This document shows, one piece after another, positions 20,315 through 28,235 of a DNA stretch of 64,000 bases. Within the stretch, counting starts at the first letter, position 1, and each line of letters opens with the position of its first letter. Position numbers and translations under genes: made by a program. The notes beneath the pieces were generated by a model. The model had not been told where the DNA came from. It did not search any database and worked only from the letters and a program-made list of their open reading frames with translations. Source of the stretch: an uncultured Gammaproteobacteria bacterium (lineage in GTDB: Bacteria > Pseudomonadota > Gammaproteobacteria > UBA9214); assembly GCA_963748215.1 (NCBI GenBank), contig CAVVHS010000008.1, positions 448,001 to 512,000 on the forward strand. The letters are read 5' to 3'.

Positions 20315-21277
20315 TTAACCCGCCGGCTGGATAACCGCCGTCACGCGGGTACGGGACACCACCCGCAGGTCCTTGCCTTCGCGTTCCAGCACGCTTTCCA
20401 GCTGCGCCTTGCCGACCCCCACACTGACATCCGTCAGCACCAGAAACCATTTGCTTTCTACATCCACGCGATTGTATATCGTCAGGCCGGCAAGCGCGTT
20501 ATGGGCCAGAAAAGCCCCCTTGTCAGCGAACGGCTCCTGCTCGCGATCGGCCAGCAACGTTTCCACGCCCTGCGCGGTCATGTTTTCGTCCAGGGCCAGC
20601 AATACCACGGCCGTGGCCGTGTTGATATTGATCGTCGTCACGTCAGGCAGCGCGGTAACGTACGGCAAAAGCACCTGCATCACCTCGTCGGTAAAACCCA
20701 GCACCAGGCGCAGTTCGCTGATCGAGACGAGCCGGCGGTTCGCGGCGCGGTAGGGCGGGTCCGCGAGCAGGTAGGTGTCGTCCTCGGCACCACCCGGAAA
20801 CGTGGCGTTGATATCGGCATCGATCCAGTCCAGCAGCGTGGTGGCAAGCTCCGGGTCGAGTTCCAGCACATTCAGCAGTCGTTTGAAATAGTCGATGCTG
20901 CCGGTGTCGGGTTTGCCGTCCGCGCCCACCAGGTTGTTCACGTTGAAGCGGCCCTGCAGGTCGCTCACCTTGCCGCTGACGAAACCGCCCTCGACGGGAA
21001 TCGGCGGCAACGCGGCGGCCCAGTCCTCGTCCAGCGCATCGTAGGTGCTGTCATTCGCATCGCGGCGCAGGATAACCTGTGCCCAGCTCTCCGCCGCCAG
21101 CGCATAGGCGTAGGACTGTTCACCATGCACCAGGTTGGCGGTGCGGCGCACGTCGACGTGCAGTCGTGTCGCCATCGCCACGGCGGCCACGGTTGCCAGC
21201 GCGACCACCAGCAGTGCGGTGACCAGCGCTACACCCTGTTGCGGCGTATTGCCCTTACCGTTGCGGATGTGCATCAC
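20315..21277 (-). CDS. gspK: Type II secretion minor pseudopilin K
   Basis: QQGVALVTALLVV, DLQGRFNVNNL, LLDWIDAD, ININTAT. Confidence 0.93.
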   Translation of the reverse strand: MMHIRNGKGNTPQQGVALVTALLVVALATVAAVAMATRLHVDVRRTANLVHGEQSYAYALAAESWAQVILRRDANDSTYDALDEDWAAALPPIPVEGGFVSGKVSDLQGRFNVNNLVGADGKPDTGSIDYFKRLLNVLELDPELATTLLDWIDADINATFPGGAEDDTYLLADPPYRAANRRLVSISELRLVLGFTDEVMQVLLPYVTALPDVTTININTATAVVLLALDENMTAQGVETLLADREQEPFADKGAFLAHNALAGLTIYNRVDVESKWFLVLTDVSVGVGKAQLESVLEREGKDLRVVSRTRVTAVIQPAG

Positions 21278-21903
21278 TCGGGCATCCTGAACAACCAGAC
21301 CAGCCTGCCATACTGCTTGTGCTCGAGGCTGATTTCAACGGCCTTCGGCAGCAATACCGTCGTGATCCCGGGCAGCGCTGCCGCGGGAGCATTGTCGGCG
21401 ACGCCGCTCCAGCTGGTTTTCCATTCATCCGCATCGAGGTAGCGCACGTCCATCTGCGTGACTTCGTCCGTGAGCGACTGTTTGACCGGCAGACTGTCCT
21501 GGGCTCGATCGAGCACCGACCAGGTGTAGCGAACCAGCTGTTCGTCCTCGATGGCATAGGCCACGCGCTGCAGCGTGCTGCGCGCATGGCCGAGGGGGTT
21601 GCGCCAGCCACCGCGGGTCAACTGCAGCACCTCGGCTCCCGACAGCGGTGGGAGTTCCGTGCCATACTCGTCGCGTACCGGGCGCGGCACCACCTGCTCG
21701 ATATCGCGCTGCATGAGCAGGTAGATTTTCTGCACCCGACCCAGCCGGTCCGCCTCCTGTTCGGTCGCCGCACTCTGTTCCAGCACACTGTGCAGTCCGC
21801 TGTAGGACATTACCGATAGCAGGCCGAAGATCGCCAGCGCCACCAGCAACTCCAGCAGGGTGAAGCCGGCGATACCGGCGATGCGTCCGCGCACCACGCT
21901 CAT
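21274..21903 (-). CDS. gspJ: Type II secretion minor pseudopilin J
   Basis: GFTLLELLVALAIF, RDIEQVVPRPVRD, LTRGGWRNP; ATG at 21903 overlaps the gspI stop. Confidence 0.93.
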   Translation of the reverse strand: MSVVRGRIAGIAGFTLLELLVALAIFGLLSVMSYSGLHSVLEQSAATEQEADRLGRVQKIYLLMQRDIEQVVPRPVRDEYGTELPPLSGAEVLQLTRGGWRNPLGHARSTLQRVAYAIEDEQLVRYTWSVLDRAQDSLPVKQSLTDEVTQMDVRYLDADEWKTSWSGVADNAPAAALPGITTVLLPKAVEISLEHKQYGRLVWLFRMPE

Positions 21904-22277
21904 GACGGTTTCATCAGGAAGCCACTCAGGGTCGTGAGCGGCTCCGTGCTGTCGCTGTCCGCCGGCGTCACCTCGACATCCAGGCGCCGCAGTTCCGCCT
22001 CCTCCGTCTGCGAGGTGCGCGCCAGCCAGCGCCATTCCCGGCCGCCCATTTCCATGGTGCCTTTCTGCTCGCCGACCGAGGGCCAGTCCTTGCGCACCTG
22101 GAATTCCGCCAGTACATTGCGCGCCACCCAGGTTGCCATGGTGCGATCGCGCAGGTGTGACTGGCCGGCCGTGTAATCAGTGGCGGCCTTGATTATCGCG
22201 CTCATCGCGAGCGCCAGCACCGCCAGTGCGACGAGGATCTCGAGCAGGGTAAAGCCATACTGGCCGCGCCTGCTCAC
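21900..22277 (-). CDS. gspI: Type II secretion minor pseudopilin I
   Basis: GFTLLEILVALAVL, LRDRTMATWVARN, MGGREWRW. Confidence 0.93.
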   Translation of the reverse strand: MSRRGQYGFTLLEILVALAVLALAMSAIIKAATDYTAGQSHLRDRTMATWVARNVLAEFQVRKDWPSVGEQKGTMEMGGREWRWLARTSQTEEAELRRLDVEVTPADSDSTEPLTTLSGFLMKPS

Positions 22278-22834
22278 GGCGGTCCCTCGCGTTCCCGGCT
22301 CACCTCGCCCATCAACGAGGCCGTCAGCCGGTAGCGATAGTCGCTGAGGTCTGAAATAAAGGTAACCGTAAATGGCGTCATCTCGCCGCTCGACAGGATC
22401 AGCACCTGCGGCGGCGGCTCTATATCCTGCTTCGGGTCGTCTTCACCGAACCCCTGCTCCCCCTCGATCTCGAGCTTCATTCGAATGTCAGCCGGGAGGG
22501 AATAGGCCTTCAGCAGGCCGTCATCCGGCAGTTTCCAGCCATCCAGCGCCAGGATCAGAAACTCGTAGCCGTCCTCGGCGAAACGCACACCAAGTTCCTC
22601 GCCACGGACAATGGCCTCGTCATTCGCCAGCACCAGCAGGGTCTCCAGGTGGCGGGCTTCGCGTTCCATGATTTCAGCCACGTCGTCGCCGCGCATGGAC
22701 AGCGCGGCAAAGCTGAAGATGATCGCGATCAGAACCATCACCACCATCAGTTCCAGCAGGGTGAAACCGGCCGGTCGCCGGGTGGGCGCGGCAGTCATCG
22801 GATCGGAACGCTTACGGCGTAGTGGCCAGGACAT
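22274..22834 (-). CDS. gspH: Type II secretion minor pseudopilin H
   Basis: GFTLLELMVVMVLI, PQVLILSSGEMTPF; exact start uncertain (22834 or 22798). Confidence 0.9.
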   Translation of the reverse strand: MSWPLRRKRSDPMTAAPTRRPAGFTLLELMVVMVLIAIIFSFAALSMRGDDVAEIMEREARHLETLLVLANDEAIVRGEELGVRFAEDGYEFLILALDGWKLPDDGLLKAYSLPADIRMKLEIEGEQGFGEDDPKQDIEPPPQVLILSSGEMTPFTVTFISDLSDYRYRLTASLMGEVSREREGPP

Positions 22835-22841
22835 GCTCCTG

Positions 22842-23264
22842 TTATTGCAGATTCCAGTTGCCGATATCGTCGTCACTGGGCTGCTGATCGGGGCCGAGCG
22901 AGAAGATATCGATCGTGCCGTGTTCGCCGGGGCTCAGGTAGAAATAGTCTTCCTGCCAGGGATCCTTCGGCAGGCGGTCCACATAACCGCCCTCTTTCCA
23001 GTTCTTGGGTTCCGGCGAGGTGGGCTTTTCGACCAGCGCGTCGAGCCCCTGGTCGGTTGTCGGGTAGACGTAATTGTCCAGCTTGTAGAGATTCAGCGCA
23101 GCCTCCAGGGAGCGGATATCCTGGCGTGCCTTGGTGATACGCGCCTGGTCCGGACGATCCATGACCTTCGGCACCAGGATCGCCGCGAGTATTCCGAGGA
23201 TCACGACGACCACCATGACCTCGATAAGGGTGAAACCGGATTGCCTGACGGTAGTTTGCTTCAT
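22842..23264 (-). CDS. gspG: Type II secretion major pseudopilin G
   Basis: GFTLIEVMVVVVILGILAA, LYKLDNYVYPTTDQGL, LPKDPW, DDIGNW. Confidence 0.96.
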   Translation of the reverse strand: MKQTTVRQSGFTLIEVMVVVVILGILAAILVPKVMDRPDQARITKARQDIRSLEAALNLYKLDNYVYPTTDQGLDALVEKPTSPEPKNWKEGGYVDRLPKDPWQEDYFYLSPGEHGTIDIFSLGPDQQPSDDDIGNWNLQ

Positions 23265-23563
23265 GAGTAAGCCCTTGCTTGCTTGATTGACGGACGGACA
23301 CCTGGCGTGGTGCCGGGTAGATTCCGGCTATTTTAGCCCGAATCCCGCACCGGGCGGCAGTGGATCATCGCGCTGTTTCGAGACCATGGAAAAATTTTCG
23401 AGCAAAGCCGGAATACAGCCACTTCTTCGGGCTGCGCCCGTCCCGACGGGATAACCCGGCCAGCGCGGTGCCCGGCGGGGAAACAGACAGCCCACCTGCA
23501 AACAGGTTGCATGATATTCAGGGACGGCCGGCCGGGAACCGCGACCGGATCACAGCCGGGACA

Positions 23564-24076
23564 TCATGACCCGGACAGGTTCTCCCGATTGACCGCCAGC
23601 TGGTCGCGCACCTTCAGGGCGTAGAGGTGGCGCTCTGCATCCACCAGGTGCTGCCCCCAGTGCACGCGGTAGCTGGAGCGCCAGGCCTGCGCGGCCCGCT
23701 GCGGCCAGACGTCGTCCAGCAAATCGCGCCCGTAGCGCAGGTCGAAGTAGATATCGGTAAGATCGTCAGCCAGGCTGCCGGACATGTGCAACTCTTCCGG
23801 CGCGGCGTCGAATTCCAGCCAGTAGCTGTCACGCTCACCCAGCACCTTGCGCAGGTGACTGTAGAGCTCGAAGCGTGCATCGAGATCGGTCTCGTACAAC
23901 GGGATATCACCGGTGTCGTAGGCGTTCAATGCGGTGACGGCGGCATGCAGTCGCGGCATCAGCAGAAACAGCGCCTCCAGCCAGTCGTCGGGCCGGGCCA
24001 GCGCGCCGTCGACCAGGCGACAGTAGTCGTCGGCCACGTCCACCATTTCAGTCAAAGTTTCCGAGAAACCGGCCAT
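23564..24076 (-). CDS. Conserved hypothetical protein (DUF5063-like)
   Basis: LGERDSYW, SLADDLTDIYFDL, WRSSYRVHWGQHL. Confidence 0.7.
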   Translation of the reverse strand: MAGFSETLTEMVDVADDYCRLVDGALARPDDWLEALFLLMPRLHAAVTALNAYDTGDIPLYETDLDARFELYSHLRKVLGERDSYWLEFDAAPEELHMSGSLADDLTDIYFDLRYGRDLLDDVWPQRAAQAWRSSYRVHWGQHLVDAERHLYALKVRDQLAVNRENLSGS

Positions 24077-24200
24077 GTCATAATGTCAACAAGTAGTCTA
24101 TGGTTATCAGTGGCTTGCAAGCCCGGCAGGCACATGAGCGGCAGCCGCGGTAATTCAAGTGTAGCCAAAATCCGTGCGCCTGCACGGACGGCGTCTGCGA

Positions 24201-24374
24201 CTAGACAGCCACCATCTCGAACTCATCCTTGGTCGCTCCGCATTCCGGACATACCCAGCTGTCCGGAATATCCTCCCAGCGCGTTCCGGGCGCAAAACCC
24301 TCCTCCGGCAGACCGTCGGCCTCGCTGTAGACAAAACCGCACACCACACACATGTATTCCCGGTTAGCACTCAT
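24201..24374 (-). CDS. Rubredoxin (57 aa, below the ORF-track cutoff)
   Basis: Manual translation MSANREYMCVVCGFVYSEADGLPEEGFAPGTRWEDIPDSWVCPECGATKDEFEMVAV*, with two CxxCG motifs. Confidence 0.95.
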   Translation of the reverse strand: MSANREYMCVVCGFVYSEADGLPEEGFAPGTRWEDIPDSWVCPECGATKDEFEMVAV

Positions 24375-24487
24375 CAGTCATCACCCGTTAGTCAGCATTG
24401 CGCCATTGTACGGGTCTGCCACGCCGAGTGAAGCAGATTCGCCGCGCACTATCCCGCTTGATGGGCACATCCGTTATTATCGGCAAC

Positions 24488-25279
24488 ATGCTCAGGAAAC
24501 CCGTCGTAATGACCTTCGCCGGCCATGATCCCGGTGGCGGCGCCGGCCTGCAGGCCGATATCGAATCCCTGTTCAGCCAGGGCTGCCACGCCACGCCGGT
24601 CATCACCGCACTGACCGTCCAGGACAGCCGCGATGTGATGGCGTTTCACCCGGTCGAGCCCGTTCACGTGATCAGCCAGGCCCGCGCCATCCTCGAGGAT
24701 ATGCCGGTCGCCGCCTTTAAGACCGGCATGCTGGGCAGCGTCGAAAACTGCGTCGCCATCCACAGCATCATGGCGGACTATCCCGACATTCCGCTGGTCG
24801 TGGACCCGGTGCTGGCCTCGGGCAACGGCACGCCGCTCGGAGAGGACGGACTGACGGATGTCATCAGGCAGCTGCTGCTGCCGCGTGCCACGCTAGTGTC
24901 GCCGAACAGCCACGAGGCGCGCGCCCTGGCGCCGGAAGCCGATACGCCGGATGCCTGCGCCTTCGCCCTGCTCGACCGCGGCGCCGAGTTTGTCCTGCTC
25001 ACCGGCACCCACGAACAGACGCCGCACGTCATCAATACCCTCTACCAGGGCCATCAGCGCCTGGAATCCTTCACCTGGGAACGCCTGCCGCACAGCTACC
25101 ATGGGTCCGGCTGCACGCTGGCTGCCAGTATTGCCGGGCTGCTGGCGCACGGGCTCGATGTTTTCCAGGCCTGCCATGAAGGCCAGCATTTCACCTGGGA
25201 GGCACTGCGCAACGGCTACCGGCCCGGCATGGGGCAATATCTGCCGAACCGGATGTACTGGGCCGAACAGGACGACTGA
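24488..25279 (+). CDS. thiD: Hydroxymethylpyrimidine/phosphomethylpyrimidine kinase
   Basis: FAGHDPGGGAGLQADI, TALTVQD, KTGMLGS, VVDPVL, YHGSGCTLA. Confidence 0.92.
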   Translation: MLRKPVVMTFAGHDPGGGAGLQADIESLFSQGCHATPVITALTVQDSRDVMAFHPVEPVHVISQARAILEDMPVAAFKTGMLGSVENCVAIHSIMADYPDIPLVVDPVLASGNGTPLGEDGLTDVIRQLLLPRATLVSPNSHEARALAPEADTPDACAFALLDRGAEFVLLTGTHEQTPHVINTLYQGHQRLESFTWERLPHSYHGSGCTLAASIAGLLAHGLDVFQACHEGQHFTWEALRNGYRPGMGQYLPNRMYWAEQDD

Positions 25280-25995
25280 TGGTCCGCGCTGAACTGGCGG
25301 ACGGCCTGTACGCCATCACGGACGGCCCGGCGGGCGCGCAGGCGGAGCTGGTGCGACGCGTCGAACAGGCCATTCGCGGCGGCGCGCGCCTCGTCCAGTA
25401 CCGGGACAAACAGGCCGGCACCGACGAACGACTGGCGCGGGCCGCGGCCCTGCTTGGCCTGTGCCGGCAGCATGGCGTGGCGTTGATCATCAACGACGAC
25501 ATCGAACTGGCCGCGGCCATCGGGGCGCACGGCGTGCATCTCGGTGCCGGCGACACGGCCGTCGCCACCGCCCGCCAGCGGCTCGGCAGCCGCGCCATTA
25601 TCGGCGCCTCCTGCTACAACCGGCTGGAACGTGCGCACGCGGCCGTGACCGAGGGTGCCGACTACGTGGCATTCGGACGGTTCTTCGCCTCGCAGAGCAA
25701 ACCGGAGGCGGTACCGGCCAGTCCGGACCTGCTGACACAGGCGCGCCGCGAGCTACCGGTCCCGGTCGCCGCGATCGGCGGTATCACGCCGGCCAACGGC
25801 GCCGCCCTGGTGGCCGCCGGCGCCAATCTGCTCGCAGTCATACACGGCGTGTTCGGCCAGCCCGACATCGAGGCGGCGGCGCAGGCCTACGCCAGACTGT
25901 TCGATCGGGTGAGACGTGAGAGGGTGAAACGTGAAGGGCGTCATAGCCACGGAGGCACACGGAAATACACGGAAATTTCAAAATCCCCGACGTAG
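25279..25995 (+). CDS. thiE: Thiamine-phosphate synthase (C-terminus runs into repeats)
   Basis: GLYAITD, VQYRDK, LIINDD, GVHLG, GASCYN, AAIGGIT. Confidence 0.93.
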   Translation: MVRAELADGLYAITDGPAGAQAELVRRVEQAIRGGARLVQYRDKQAGTDERLARAAALLGLCRQHGVALIINDDIELAAAIGAHGVHLGAGDTAVATARQRLGSRAIIGASCYNRLERAHAAVTEGADYVAFGRFFASQSKPEAVPASPDLLTQARRELPVPVAAIGGITPANGAALVAAGANLLAVIHGVFGQPDIEAAAQAYARLFDRVRRERVKREGRHSHGGTRKYTEISKSPT

Positions 25996-26445
25996 GGTGC
26001 GTTGTACGCACCGGGAGTGCGTCACATGTGCGCCCTGGGTCAATCTGATTAATGGCCATGGAATCCACGGAAGCATGCAGAAAAATACATGAAAAACGGC
26101 TTGTTATGACATTGTGTATCGCGGCGACCCGCTTGCCGCGGCCATGATCTGACGAACCTCAAGGCCTTCACGGCAACAGCCGCTCCCGGTGCGTAAAACG
26201 CACCCTACATCTTGGTTTTTTATTTTTCCGTGTATTTCCGTGTGCTTCCGTGGCCATTATCATCGCGCGATGTTCAGGATGTACAAGTGCCGTGGAGCAC
26301 ATGGATGTGCGGGAACGGCCATGAGATGCGCTCCTACCCTACAGGAACGCGCGGGGCGCACGCTCTGGCTCCGTGGCCATTACAACGATCCTGCCATTCA
26401 CGTCTCACGCTTCACGTCTTATGTCTCACCTTTTACTTCTCACGC
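25909..26445. repeat. Composite repeat region between thiE and hemL
   Basis: Heptamers at 25909-25935 and 26398-26445; CACGGAA motifs; REP-A at 25992 and 26188; REP-B with a 52-bp insert at 26269-26320. Confidence 0.75.
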
Positions 26446-26494
26446 TTTATGCGACAATCCCGTATTGTTCAAAAGTCACGAAGGAACCAGCGCC

Positions 26495-27775
26495 ATGAGC
26501 CGCTCTCACGAACTGTTTCAGTCAGCCTGCCAGCATATCCCCGGTGGCGTGAATTCGCCGGTACGCGCCTTCAAGGGCGTGGGCGGTGACCCGGTGTTCT
26601 TTACCCGCGGCGAGGGCCCCTGGCTGTACGACGCCGATGGCAAGCGCTACATCGACTATGTAGCCTCGTGGGGTCCGATGATCGCGGGCCACGCCCACCC
26701 GGCCGTGATCCGCGCCGTCCAGGACATGGCCGCCAACGGGCTGGGTTTCGGCGCGCCCACCGAAATAGAAACCCGCATGGCCGACCTGCTGTGCCGGCTG
26801 GTGCCGTCGATGGATATGGTGCGCATGGTCAACTCCGGTACCGAGGCGACCATGAGCGCGATCCGGCTGGCGCGCGGCTTTACCGGCCGCGACCGCATCG
26901 TCAAGTTCGAGGGTTGTTACCACGGCCATTCGGACGCCCTGCTGGTCAAGGCCGGCTCCGGCACGCTGACCCTCGGCGTACCCACCTCGCCGGGCGTGCC
27001 GGCCAGTGTCGCGGCCCATACCACGACCCTCACCTACAACGACAGCGACGACGTATCGCAAGCATTTGCCTCGATCGGCAATGAAGTTGCGGCGATCATC
27101 GTCGAACCTGTCGCCGGCAACATGAACTGCATCCCGCCGGAGCCGGGCTTCCTGGAAACCCTGCGGCGCGTCTGCGACGAACACGGCAGCGTGCTGATCT
27201 TCGACGAAGTGATGACCGGATTCCGCGTGGCGCGCGGCGGCGCACAGGCCCGTTACGGCATTACCCCGGACCTCACCACGCTGGGCAAGGTGATCGGCGG
27301 CGGACTGCCGGTCGGCGCCTTCGGCGGCCGGCGCGACATCATGGAGCACATCGCGCCACTCGGCCCGGTCTACCAGGCGGGCACCCTGTCCGGCAACCCG
27401 CTGTCGCTGGCGGCCGGACTGGCCACCCTGGAGCTGGCCACGGCCGATGGCGTGGAGGAACAACTGGACGCGACGGCTCGACGCCTGGTGAACGGCCTGC
27501 AGGCAGAGGCCGACCGGGCCGGCATCGCCTTCACCACCAACCAGGTCGGTGGCATGTTCGGCTGTTTCTTCAGCCCGGAATCCGCCATCAGCCGCTTCAG
27601 CCAGGTGAGCGGCTGCGACATAGAGCGCTTCCGGCGTTTCTATCACGGCATGCTGGATGCCGGCGTCTACCTGGCACCCTCGGCCTTCGAGGCCGGCTTC
27701 GTGTCCAGCGCGCATAGCGACGCCGTCATCGATGAAACAGTTGAGTGCGCCGCGCGGGTGTTTGCCGCGCTATAA
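26495..27775 (+). CDS. hemL: Glutamate-1-semialdehyde 2,1-aminomutase
   Basis: [63 protein letters not shown]. Confidence 0.97.
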   Translation: MSRSHELFQSACQHIPGGVNSPVRAFKGVGGDPVFFTRGEGPWLYDADGKRYIDYVASWGPMIAGHAHPAVIRAVQDMAANGLGFGAPTEIETRMADLLCRLVPSMDMVRMVNSGTEATMSAIRLARGFTGRDRIVKFEGCYHGHSDALLVKAGSGTLTLGVPTSPGVPASVAAHTTTLTYNDSDDVSQAFASIGNEVAAIIVEPVAGNMNCIPPEPGFLETLRRVCDEHGSVLIFDEVMTGFRVARGGAQARYGITPDLTTLGKVIGGGLPVGAFGGRRDIMEHIAPLGPVYQAGTLSGNPLSLAAGLATLELATADGVEEQLDATARRLVNGLQAEADRAGIAFTTNQVGGMFGCFFSPESAISRFSQVSGCDIERFRRFYHGMLDAGVYLAPSAFEAGFVSSAHSDAVIDETVECAARVFAAL

Positions 27776-27833
27776 CCTGTAATGAAAAATTATCTGGACC
27801 GGACGCAAACGGAACCACAGCTGTGGTTTATAT

Positions 27834-28207
27834 TTTTCCGTGTGCTGCCGTGGATTCCGTGGCCATTACACAACGCCGCTGAAGCCTGGCGGGGCACACG
27901 CCATGGACCCCGCCCGGTGCGTAAAACGCACCCTACGCCTGATTTTTCATTTTTCCGTGTGCTGCCGTGGATTCCGTGGCCATTACCCAACGCCGCTGAA
28001 GCCTGGCGGGGCGCACGCCGTGGACCCCGCCCGGTGCGTAAAACGCACCCTACGCCTGATTTTTCATTTTTCCGTGTGCTGCCGTGGATTCCGTGGCCAT
28101 TACACAACGCCGCTGAAGCCTGGCGGGGCGCACGCCGTGGACCCCGCCCGGTGCGTAAAACGCACCCTACGCCTGATTTCTCATTTTTCCGTGTGCTGCC
28201 GTGGCCA
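27834..28207. repeat. Tandem composite REP array, ~3.2 x 117 bp
   Basis: REP cores at 27916, 28033 and 28150; a TTTTTCCGTGTGCTGCCGTGG motif occurs four times. Confidence 0.9.
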
Positions 28208-28235
28208 GAATCCTGCTTAGCCAGCTGATAGTTTG

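Noticed and set aside
24155-24370. 71-aa Cys-rich ORF in the ORF track
   Set aside because: Wrong frame; the real gene is the overlapping rubredoxin at 24201..24374.
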